Assembly: GCA_964537835.1 (NCBI GenBank)
Contig: CAZICS010000001.1
Coordinates: 54,275-118,274, forward strand
Reading direction: 5' to 3'
Source of the DNA: an uncultured archaeon
GTDB lineage: Archaea; Aenigmatarchaeota; Aenigmatarchaeia; CG10238-14; SCSR01
DNA: 64,000 nt
The position numbers and the translations under genes were made by a program. The notes beneath the pieces are model-generated. The model ran no database searches. It was given only the letters and a program-made list of their open reading frames with translations, and was not told the origin of the DNA. Below, one piece after another: positions 1 through 11,400 of this stretch; positions within the stretch are counted from its first letter, which is position 1, and each line of letters opens with the position of its first letter.

Positions 1-1
1 G

Positions 2-235
2 ATTTCTTCGGAGATACACCTGCTTCAAGATGAACTAGAAAATTTGCTTTCCTTAATAGATAAAAATTCCCTTGAATACCAAAAAGGGAAGATTTCAAGA
101 GAAGTTTTTGAGTCTAATGAAAAAAGGTTGAAAAAGGAGAGTGCTTTAAGGATAAAGAAAATTAATCAGCTAGTTAAAGAAGGATTAGAATTGCTTAAAA
201 AAGCTGAAAAGGAGATTAAAGCTCAAAAAGCTTAG
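2..235 (+). CDS. 5'-truncated small coiled-coil protein with SHOCT/CdvA-like GKISxExF motif; paralog of the next gene
   Basis: The frame is open from position 2 (ISSEIHLLQDELENLLSLIDKNSLEYQKGKISREVFESNEKRL...), so the TTG start at 44 in the track is probably not the real start. It aligns by eye with 244-540. Confidence 0.75.
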   Translation: MSSEIHLLQDELENLLSLIDKNSLEYQKGKISREVFESNEKRLKKESALRIKKINQLVKEGLELLKKAEKEIKAQKA

Positions 236-243
236 GTTTTTAT

Positions 244-540
244 ATGGAGGTAATTAAAAAAATCGATTTGAGTTCAATAGAAGAATTCATGAAAGAAATA
301 GTAGCTTCTTCTTCCCAAATAAAATTGCTTCAAGAGGAGCTTGAAGATGTGATATTACATGCAAACGAGAATGAAAAACTTTTTTCTGCTGGAAAAATTT
401 CAAAGGAAGTTTATAAGAAGAATAAAGCAAGGTTAGTAAAGGAGAAGAATCAACTAAGAAAAAAGATAAACGTGGAGTTGAGTAAATTGATAAAAATAAT
501 CAACGAGACAAAAAAATTAATGGAAGCAAACCGAATTTAA
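244..540 (+). CDS. Small coiled-coil protein (98 aa) with SHOCT/CdvA-like GKISKEVY motif
   Basis: ATG start and heptad-like K/E/L/I pattern. Its stop overlaps the stop of the convergent gene (ttaa at 537-540). Confidence 0.8.
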   Translation: MEVIKKIDLSSIEEFMKEIVASSSQIKLLQEELEDVILHANENEKLFSAGKISKEVYKKNKARLVKEKNQLRKKINVELSKLIKIINETKKLMEANRI

Positions 541-2477
541 ACTTTTAATTTTTTAAGTTCGTTCAACAATTTCTTTTTCCTTTCGATTTGGCTTTCTTTA
601 GCTTTTCTCTTAACTTTTTTTCTTCTTTTCTTCTCTTTAGCCTTTCTCTTTCTCTCAATTTTCTTTATCTCTTCCTTTAATTTTTCCTTCAGTTTCTTTT
701 CCTTTTCTTTCTCAGGTACAACCTCCTTAGATTTCTTAACTTCTTCCTTTTTAACTTCCTCCACTTCTTCGGCACTTCTTTCAGTTCTTCCTTTCACTTC
801 TTTAGCAGCTTCTTCCTTGCTCTCTTCAATTGGTTTTTCAGTTCTTTCCTTCAGTTTCTTTTCCTCTTCTTTACTCTCAACTTTTTTCTCAACCTCTTCT
901 TTCTTTTCTTCTTCCTTACTTTCAACCATCTCTTCAACTTTCTTTTCCTCTTCTTTAACTTCCTCTTTTTCTGCACCACCAACAAACTTCTCCAATTTTT
1001 TCCATTCTTCCTTTAACTTTTCCTCTATCTCTTTAAGCTTCTTCTCGTTAGCTCTTTTAACGTTTTCATATTCTTCTTTGCTTATCCTCTTCTCTCTAAA
1101 CTGCTCTTTCAAAGATTCTAGGAATAAGAGGATATTTTCCCTTTCTCTTTTCAGGCTAATTATAGTCTCTGGAAGCTTTGTTTGGAGTAAGGGTAAAACT
1201 TTATCTATTTCATCCAACCTTTTTCTAATTTCAATCAAATCCTCTCTTATAACATCCAAATCTTTCTTACTCACATAACTTTCTAACTTTGTATTTAATG
1301 CATCAACGCTCTTAATCAATTCTTTTAAGCTTTCATCAATCTCATCTTGCTTAGCCTTATAGACCACAAACTCATCCAAACTTTTGCTCAAATCTATGAA
1401 TATCCTTTCTGTTTTAGCTCCAACTCTCTCTATATACCTTACTGCTTCCTTTACCTCATCTACTCTCTTTTGCACATCTCTTGTAACTTTCATCAAGTTT
1501 TCAATACTCCCTATAGATTTAAGAATCTCATAGACTTTGTTTATTTTTTCAGCTAGATCCTGAGACTTCCTCTCGAGCTTTTCAAGAGTTAGTTGATGCT
1601 TTTCTATTATATCGTTAAACTCTCTGAACTTCTTGTTTATTTGCTGAGGTTTTATTTCCGAAATTTCATCCTCGATCTTTTCCATTTTTACCATAGCTTC
1701 TCTCAAGCTCGCGTCTGTTTGGAAAACCATAGACCTCAATTCCCCAATATTCTCAGAAAGCGTTCTTATAGTCTCATCTGTTGCTTGCTTAGCTTCCCTA
1801 ATTGTATCGATCATAAGCTTTAATTTCTCGATTTCTACCATCGCATCGCTTTTTACCCCCTCTTTTTCTTCATAAGTTTCAGTGGGAGCTACAGGTTGAG
1901 TTTGAACTTCATATACAGATTCAGCTTGGGTCCCATAAGGAGACTCGCTTTCTTCTTTTTTCTTCCTCCCAAAAATTCTTTGAAAGAATCCGATTTTAGG
2001 TTTCTCCTCTTTTTTTTCTTCCTTACTCTCAACAGGTTTTGCTTTCTCCTCTTCAATTTTTGCTTGAGCTAGTTCTTCTGCAATCATCTCTCCAACAGTT
2101 TTCTCTTCACTTGCTTCTTCAGATTTTTCCTCCTCTTTAACTTCTTTCTTCTCATCCTTTTTTGTTTCAACTCCTCCCTCTTTTCTAACTTCCTCTCTAC
2201 TTTCAACTTCTTTCTCCTCTTCCTCAACTTTTTGCTTTAATTTAAGCTTACTTCCCCCAATTTTTTTCTCTATCTCTTTCAATCTCTTCAAATACTTTTC
2301 TTTCAACTCTCGATAACTTTTCTCCGAAATATTGGCCTTCCTGTACTCATCTTCAAGATAACCTATCATTTCCTCCAAGTCTCTTTTTTCCTTCATTAGA
2401 TCTTCTTTAACTTCTTTCCTCTTTTTCTTAACTTTCCTCCTTTTTTTTCTCGCTATTTTAACCACCCAACCTCTCAA
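537..2477 (-). CDS. Long coiled-coil protein (~640 aa) with basic termini, E/K-rich linkers, two ISxxxY motifs and an amphipathic GFFQRIFG helix
   Basis: Long ORF overlapping the stop of the giant gene, so probably co-transcribed. The start is uncertain: TTG 2477, GTG 2465 or ATA 2456 behind a GGTGG SD-like motif. Confidence 0.85.
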   Translation of the reverse strand: MRGWVVKIARKKRRKVKKKRKEVKEDLMKEKRDLEEMIGYLEDEYRKANISEKSYRELKEKYLKRLKEIEKKIGGSKLKLKQKVEEEEKEVESREEVRKEGGVETKKDEKKEVKEEEKSEEASEEKTVGEMIAEELAQAKIEEEKAKPVESKEEKKEEKPKIGFFQRIFGRKKKEESESPYGTQAESVYEVQTQPVAPTETYEEKEGVKSDAMVEIEKLKLMIDTIREAKQATDETIRTLSENIGELRSMVFQTDASLREAMVKMEKIEDEISEIKPQQINKKFREFNDIIEKHQLTLEKLERKSQDLAEKINKVYEILKSIGSIENLMKVTRDVQKRVDEVKEAVRYIERVGAKTERIFIDLSKSLDEFVVYKAKQDEIDESLKELIKSVDALNTKLESYVSKKDLDVIREDLIEIRKRLDEIDKVLPLLQTKLPETIISLKRERENILLFLESLKEQFREKRISKEEYENVKRANEKKLKEIEEKLKEEWKKLEKFVGGAEKEEVKEEEKKVEEMVESKEEEKKEEVEKKVESKEEEKKLKERTEKPIEESKEEAAKEVKGRTERSAEEVEEVKKEEVKKSKEVVPEKEKEKKLKEKLKEEIKKIERKRKAKEKKRRKKVKRKAKESQIERKKKLLNELKKLKV

Positions 2478-5400
2478 TCCTCTTTTCTATCGATTCTAAG
2501 TAAGTTTCTGCCATTCTGAATGCACCTGTCTTAATCTTATCCTTAGCTATGTTAAGCTCGATCTCTATATCATAAGTGTCGATCTTCTTTTTCTTCAACT
2601 CCTCTATTTTCTTCTCGAACTCCTCTATTTTCTTATTTAGTTTCACATATTGATTAATTTCATCGTCTGTTAGAGCGAATGGTGAGTGTAGCAATGGCCT
2701 GAAGCTAATGAACCATGGTTTTCCATAGTTATACTCTGGGTTCTGGAACAGTCCAGTTCCTATGGTAAGCTTAGTAACCTTAGAAGCATAGTCAGCACCA
2801 TACTTCGATTTAACCCTTCCTATATCTCCTTCATACTTGGTTCTTAGCTGGATTTCGTTTGCGATATTTGCTCTTATTGCTCCCTTGAAATCTAGTAAAA
2901 CTTGTGAAATTAAGAATAGACCAATTCCCCACTTTCTGAATTCTCTGCAAGCTCTTTCTATGGCTACATAACCTCCCTTCCCTCCATATTTTGGCAACAG
3001 CCTGTGAACCTCATCGTATACTAACAACAGCTTAATTTCTTTAGATTCAGGAGGTCTCATGTCGAATATGGCTTGAATGCTTCTTCTGACAAATCTGTCG
3101 AGCTGCTCTGGTTTGAGTCTGTTCATCACGAACACGGTGATTTCTCCAGGTCTCATGTACTTCTTAATATCTATTGGCATATCTGGGTCCTCAACCAGTA
3201 CTATGTTAGTCTTGAATCCTCTTGCATCAGTTGGTTTCAATCCAAACTTTGGATAGAGGTCAAGCATAGCCTTGAGTCTGCATGGTTTCATGAAACCAGT
3301 CCATTGAGCAGTTGGGTCAAATACTATTACAGGAATCTTTCTCTTTAGCAGTTCTTCTGCACAAACCATTGCAGAGACAGTTTTACCAGATCCAGTACCA
3401 CCCGCAGCTATAGAATGCATTATTAGTTGAGACAAGTCAAGGTAAGCTTTAACATTAGTTTCAGCTATTTTTCCAACCTCTATTGAATTGGGCCCAGGCT
3501 GAGGCAATTTCTTAAATTCTACAGGAGCAATATACCTTGCTTTAGCAGCTTTAGCAGCTCTATAAGCAGCTATCCATTTCATTCCTATTATAATGGAAGG
3601 AATGCCAACGAACAAGATTATGTAAGTTAACCAATGCATGAAAATAGTTCTTAAGATAAATAGCGGCAATGGCAAAACAGTTACATCAAAATTGTCTGAA
3701 GCAGTTGCATACTTAGTTCCATACCAATAGGTTGCATTCACTTCTATCAGATACTTACCTTCTGGCGTATCCTTTGGAATTTGAATACTCTCTCTATAAG
3801 TTAAAACTGTCCTTACTGCTTTAGTTTCCTTGCTCGTTGTTATTACCTTACTTGGATCGTACAAGGATCTTATGGTGTAGGTTACTGTTATATCCTCAAT
3901 TTTCTCGGTTTGACCCATGTTTATTAGCTTAACTTCAAAAGTTAGATTTTGTCCAGGATTTACAGCTTTTGAAAGTGCAGTTACCTTTACGTCTAGCAAT
4001 GGCTCTAGAACGGATTTAACAGTAATGGTTACCGGTATTCTATCCTCTACATCACCAGCTTTAACTACTATGTCACCAGTATAAATTCCGGGTGCTATGG
4101 TTACTGGAGCATAAGCTCTTATAGCTGTTGTTCCCAAATCTTTTGGACCTACGTTAAACACAGGCTTTTGAATGGTTAGGAGTTGAAATGCAGGACCTTC
4201 TACGGTTATTCTTACGCTGATAGTTTTGTCGAGATTATTGGTTACATGGATGGAGAACAATTTTTCTTCTCCTGGTACTAGAGTAGTTTCTAATAAAGTT
4301 GACTTAATTTCTACAGGAGCTAGAGTAACGTTTGCCCCACCAGGCCCAACTCCAGGAGGTATGGCAGGAATTGCCGGCAAGGTGATGGAGGGTGCAGCAC
4401 CTGCTGCGGGAGGAATTACTGGAGTGGGCGCAGGTGGTAATGTAGGACAGTCGGTTGGGCAATTATTAGTCGATTCTCCATATTCACTTTCACATTCCCC
4501 GTTTCCACAAATAAATTCAGCTATTATGTAGGCACCAGTTAAATCAGTTAAATTGGCTTTTACATAGAATGCTGATAAGTTAACTGAGTTATCACTGTTA
4601 TCTCTGTTCGGATTTGTAATTCTTACCCATAGGTTGTTTTGAGCGGTTGTTATCTTTGAAGTCCAATTTCCTCCATACTTGTAAATTCCTATCCTAGTTG
4701 GGTCATAAATAGGAACATTGCACCCACCTTCAACACAATCTGAAAAGTTTATGTATAAAATTGAGTAAGATGGTTTGAGAATCGTGTAAACATAAATTGA
4801 TTTAATTGCACTACTAGTCATTCTTACTGGAGGAATCTCTCCAAATATTATCGGGTTGAAGTAGTTTTGAGTTAAGCTCAAATTGTACATTTCTATTCTA
4901 TGAGTAAATCCAAATTCTTTAAGCTGGATTTTTAAATCATATGATTTTGCATCTATAGTTTCATTGTAATAACCAGTAGTTAGGTTTGGACCAAAATCGA
5001 ACCTAGTTATGTTTGTACCCACGTCAAAGAATGTGAAATTAAGATTGATTGGAGGTTCGCCCAAAAGTTCAACATTCTTTGCATACCCACTAAATATAAC
5101 TGTCGGGTAAATCTCAAAAGTTTTAGTTTCAAGAGCACAATTTCCTGAAAGGTCACAAGCAGTTACATTTATAGTATAATTGCCCAATTGAGAGGTATTC
5201 GAGAAGTTGAATTCGTATAAGTAAGTATCATCGGCTTTTGAAACAAAAGTTAAAGTAATTTTTTCAGTTGAATTGTCAGGGTATTTAATAGTTCCGCTCA
5301 CATTCTTTATTCCACCTGCTTCTACTATACTCGCCCTTATGTTTACCGTAGAGTTTGCAGGTATTCTTACAGGTATTATTAAGGTTATGAGGGGTGGTAC

Positions 5401-8400
5401 GTTGTCCTTATAAACTATTGAATCCTCTTCTACATCACTCCTAACCAATACCCTTGTTCCGTTATAAGTAGCAGTTATATTCAAGCTATAAACTCTAGCT
5501 ATAGCTAGGTCAGGAGCTATAAATCTAACTCTCCACAATTTTTCTGTACTGTTGTAGAAAGCTAGGCTAATGTTTGCGAATTTTGAAATAGTGGAATTGA
5601 ATATAGAAACGTTAAAGCTTACGTTTTGAGTTACATAACTTGAGTTTGCACTTATGTTTACCTTTGCTTCAACAGTGTCGTTTGGAAGTATTCCTGTTAA
5701 GGGTTGGACTTTTGTCGGATAAACTATTTTAACCTTGTAGACACTAACAAACATGCTTACAAAAGTTGTTTGCATTTTAACAGAAGCATTTTCTCTTAAT
5801 GCACCTGTAATATTGCTTATTATAGTTCCTGTATAGTTTGTATCATAGGGTATATCTGGAGACGAATAGTTTATATAAACCGTCTTTTGACCAGCATATG
5901 GTAAAGTAATTTCACTTTCACTCAATCTTAAGTAAGATTTAATCGTTCCATTAACTACCAAACTCAAGTTTATCTCAGCATTTCCTGTATTTATGATAGT
6001 TAAACTTCCAAAGTAGCCAGTATCATTTTGTAAAACACTTCTATGAATTTCTTTTTCCACATGTTCCCAAGAGATGTTAACAGGGACGCTTATGTAAATT
6101 GGTAGGTAAGCTGCTTTACCATTCCAACTTATTTCTATACTTCCATTCCAGGTCCCTGTTTGATAGTTAGTTGGAACTTTAATGCTTACATTAACCTTTC
6201 TCGTCTCCCCAATCGGAATCAAAGTGAAATTACTTGGTTTAAACGAAACGTTAAAGTCTTCACATACTTTCCCACTCTTACACGTTATGCTTACATTTGT
6301 TACATTCTCATTTCCTATAGATTTCAAGGTAAAGCTTGCATTTCCTATACTTCCACCAGGAATTATCTTGGTTATATTATCTTCTAAAACTCTAAGCTTT
6401 GGATTTGGCGTAACATTTATTAAGATGCTCTTCCTGCTTGAATTATAGGTATTGTTAAGATTTCTCCATCTTGCAGTCAGGTTTATGTAGTAAATTCCTG
6501 CTTTAGTACCGTTTGGGATTATTATTTTGGTTAGGTTAGATTTAGAAGTCCACTTAAGAATAGTACCAAATTTGAAGAAGTCCGGTGTAGCACTTACATT
6601 GCTAGAAGAATTTATGGTTAGGTTAGAATCGAAAGCTCTTGAACCGCCAGTATTGTTTAGAGTAATATTAATCGTGAAGTTCTGACCATACTCGATTGTT
6701 ATATCATCTGCCGTTATTACTGAAACATTCGGCAATATTTCTAGCCAGGTTGTTGCCGAACCTTCTACAGCTGTTGGTGAAGTACAAGCTTGTAAGGAAC
6801 GAGTATCGTTTGCACATATTCTAATCAAGTGAATACCTTCCATGAGACTTATATAAGTTGTGTTATAAATATCTCCTGCAAACTTCTCCATGAATTGAAT
6901 GTAGGTGGAACCGTTCGGTAGGGTTACATTTATCCATGCTTTATCAACAGCAAAGTTATCTGTTATCTTTGCTTGAACTGTCACATTTTCATAACCAATT
7001 TCGAATACAAGCGGTTTGATCAAAACATCAGTAATAATTGGTGGGATGTCCGTTACATTTAAGGTAATGTTTGTAATTCTTTCAGGTGGATTTGCAAAAG
7101 TTACGTTTCTTATTACTATTTTTACTGTATAAATTCCCTCTATAGCATTTGCAGGAACACTGTAATCTACGGTAACATTTCTTGAAATCTGTTTCTCTAG
7201 ATCAAATGCTCTAGTTTGAGGAACTCCTGCAGGATAAGCTGAAATAAAGATACTACCATTTCCTTGCTTTAGAATTTCGAACGGTATCTTAACATTTCCT
7301 ATGTTCTTTACAGTTATATTTCCTATAGTACCACTTGTATTCAAAGGCAAGAGAACTGTTCCAAATGTTTCTGGCTCTCTTAGCCAAGAAGTATTCAAAG
7401 GTATGCTTATATTCAAAAGCATTTCATCAAATCCAGCATTGCTTGTACTTGCTCTTATCTTAGTCCAATATATGCCTGGAGATTGACCAGCAGGTATGGT
7501 TATGTAAATATGGGAGAGCATGCTTTCTCCAGCGAGTAATAAGCCAGTTTCGCTTGGATTAATAGTCAAAACACATAGAGGACAATCTATTGCAAGATTT
7601 CCTCCTACTGCACTCAACTCAACATCCCTAAGTTCATCATTTCCAGAGGCTATGGTTGTTACATTCCCAACATAAGTTGTTGCATCATGAGGTGCCGTCT
7701 TGTTTATACTCTTTGGAGTAATTTCTACCACTGGGTTTGAAGAGACAGTTATTGAAGTTAAGTTTGAAGCATAATCTATTGAAAGATCAGGATTTCTCCA
7801 AGTTGAGATAACATAAGTTCTTATTAGCTGGGGTGCTGTTTTAGCTGGTACGGTAACTCTAAAGGTCCAATTACAAGATTGGCCAGCGTAAAGAGTTCCA
7901 CATTCTTTTCTAGTTTCGTTATAAACCAGAGAACCAATAGGTTCTTCTTGATGAGTTAGATTAACCGAATAAGCAGTAGCTGGTCCAAGGTTAATGAACG
8001 TAACGTTTACTTCAAACGTAAAGCTTTGGGTTTGTGTTATACCATAGGCTACTATTTCTTGAGGTTCTTGTTTAACTAAGCCAGAAATCTTACCCCAAAC
8101 GCTTAAAGTACCTACAAAAGTACTGTTGATGTTATATTCTGGTCCAGCATCCTTTGCGTATACCGTAACATTATAGGTTCCTCCTATTGGTGGAGTATAA
8201 ATTGCTCTATAGGTTGCTTTGAAGAAACCAAAGCTTTCTTCGGGTACAGTAATGTTAGACATCGGAAGTATTACTGGTGTGCCATTTGGCATGGTTATAT
8301 TTGCCCATGCGGAGACTACCCGATAATTATCTATTATAGTTGCAGTAATGTTTGTTGAGTTTAAGTTTGCTTCTATGCTTGAATTGGGTAAGAGCGAGGT

Positions 8401-11400
8401 ATTATAAATCTTGGGAGGTTCTATATCTTTAACCCAAATAGTTTCTGTAGCTTCTTTTATATTTGCTGAATAGTATTGGGTAACATTATCACCTATCTTG
8501 CATTTGAATGTAATATTTCCTTTTTGTTCTGGAGTAAAGTTATAGCTTGCATAACCAGTGACATTAGTCTGATAACTCCCATTGAATATGTATTCAGTAG
8601 AAGGCTCCCACTTGTAAGAGAAGTTGACAGTATAATCAGAAATTCCAGCCTTGGACACGCTATCTTCAACTTTACAGGTTGGTGCAAAAGTATTTGGATA
8701 GGGAACTATTCCTGTAGGCGAAATCCAAATTACATCTGCTAAGCTTGTTATGATTATGCTTACATTATCTATTCCATCATCGTAGTAGGGTAGGGTTGCG
8801 ACTGCCATTATTTGATGCGGTCCTGTCTTTTGTTCAGCAACTATTGATTGAGCCAAGAAAGTTTCCATTCCTTCAGCAATCTGTGCAGTCTCGTTATACC
8901 ACTTAACACTTGGATTTAACTCTGCAAAACTTTCTCCATTCTCGCTAGTACCATTTGCCTTCAGAGGAATTGATTGTGATTTAGAGTAATAACTTCCATT
9001 TACAGGCTCTATTATGGTCAAATTGAGAATTCCTTTTATTGTTATGATAGTTGTGTTTGTATCTGAATCCTCATTTTGTGGTCGAGTTGCATTTATGTAA
9101 AATGTATACGGGCCTGGTATCCATGTGTCAGCTACATTAAAGTTGATTAAAGAGCACCAACCGCTTGAATTTGTTAAGCAGCTATCCAAGAAATGAGTTG
9201 AATTATAGAAGCTAACGTTTGCATTATCCGCATCCCCTATTCCTGCATCTTTAACATGAACGCTTATATTAGTTGCATGAGGACTGAATGTATCATTTCT
9301 ATAAATCCAAGCATATTGGCTCACTATTTTGTCGATTATTAGCGGTCTTGATAACCTAATCCAAGTTTCTATCTGCGAAATTGAAGTATTATAATAAAGA
9401 GTTGAATTATCCTCTATTGCACAAGTTAAATTGTACCATCCAGCAGCTTCTCCGCTTGTATACCAAGTAAGACTTGCATATCCATCAGCATTTGTTAATC
9501 TTATTCCTAATAGTTCACCATTCTTTAGGAATTTAACCGAATAATTAGCTATAGATTGAGTAGTGTTACTATCTCTTACATGACAGGTAATTGTTATTGG
9601 CACACCTGCTGAAGAACTTGTTCCATTGGATGGAGAAATAGAATCTAATTCGCTCCATCCATATATGTAAACTAAGCTACTGTTGCTATTAGAGTCATAA
9701 TATTCCCTTGAAGCGTTCGCATAAATTATTTCGCTACCAAGCTTGTAATTCTCTGGGACATCCCATAGAGTATTATAACCACTTGCTAAGAGATGCCAAC
9801 TAGAATTATACCAGTTTATGGTTGCATCTGCTATTTGCTGATTACAATCATCGCTTACGCTGGCATTCAAAGTAGTTTTAATCCCCCTATTGATTATAGT
9901 TCCTGTTAATGGATGAATAAGTGAAACGTTCAATTGACCATAAACTGTTAAAGTAACGTTTGATGTGTTAACAATCTTATAACAGCTAAATCCATCTTTT
10001 TCTACAGTTCCACCAATCCAGTATTGTTTTCCAGCTATAGTATCGCAAGTTGGGTCATGGTAAGCGTTACAATGACCGTTCAAGGAAGTACAGTTATATG
10101 CTAGCGTATAAGTTGATCCATCTTCAGTAACCCAAATGGTTCCGTTGGCTCCGGTAACATAAGCTCCATTATCTGAATCATAAATTATAAATTCTAGGAA
10201 TGCCTGATTATTCCCTATCCTTCTTACACTTGAATTGCTGGCTGGATTTATGCTCAAGCTTACATCATCTCTTTCCAAAGTAATATTTTTAGAAATTGTT
10301 TCGTCAGTGAAGTTGAAAGGATCTGTTGTATTGAATTTGTAGTAGAGATAAGGAGATTGTCTAGCATAATCTTCGCATGTAAATCTATGTTTAAACGTAA
10401 CGTCTACGCTTATTCCTTGAACGCTCTTCGACTCAACCAAATACCAAGTTATATTGTCATAGCTCTTCCATAAGCTTAGATTATTTATATTTAGGTCGGC
10501 ATCTGTGAAAGTAACTGTAAAGGTATAGAGTTCTCCCCAACCTCCGAATGAGTGGTCAACTCTTGGGTTGCTTAAAGAAGGTTTATCTCCAAGGAAGAAT
10601 GCCTTTACCTTTAGTGTGGAGTTGCTAGCATAATAATCTTTGCTTACATCCATACTAACATTATACCATCCTTTTGGCTTTCCTGCTGTGCTTTTCGTAC
10701 AATTATACCATCCTTGTCCTTCATCCCAGCCATCATTATCTGCTATAGTGCACTGATAAGGAGAACCCACTTGAGGTATGAACGTATAAACAACAGTTGC
10801 ACCTTCAACAGCTTCACATTCGTCATGTAAGCTTCCATTTATGGATACAAGATCACCTCTTAAGTATCCTTCCCCATCTGGATAGACGATTGAAGGTAGC
10901 AATAGGGATTTAATTGTTAGAGTATAATTGGTTGAGTTCTTATCCTTATAACAAACATCATTATAAACTCCGCCAAACCACTTTTGAACACCTGTTTTGA
11001 AGTCACATCTTGTTTGCCCAGGAGGTAACTCTAGCGGGAATTTATAAATCAAGTTACTTTCTAGGTCTGTTTCTGTAATCTTTTGGCTAGCAAAAATATT
11101 ACCATCCTTAGTTACCCAAAAGCTTCCATTTACTCCATAACCTGCAAGATTTCCTGAGTCCGCATCTATAACCTTTAGAGTTAAGTTTATGTAAGCACTT
11201 CCATTTCTCCAAACCCATTCGTTATCCCCGCTAACCAATTGCAAACTTACATCATCCTTTTCTAAGGTGAAATTCTTTGGTTCGATAGTAGTTTCGTACA
11301 ATTCTCCATAAAGCAATGGACTGTTAGGATCATCTGTTGCATTAAACTTGAATTCCCAAATATGTGGATAAGGATCGTCTCTGCTTGCTTCACAGCTCCC

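Noticed and set aside
817..1823. Plus-strand ORFs 817-1278, 1347-1556 and 1593-1823
   Set aside because: Antisense shadows of the E/K-rich coiled-coil gene; the S/F/L-rich composition is what the reverse complement of GAA/AAA codons gives.
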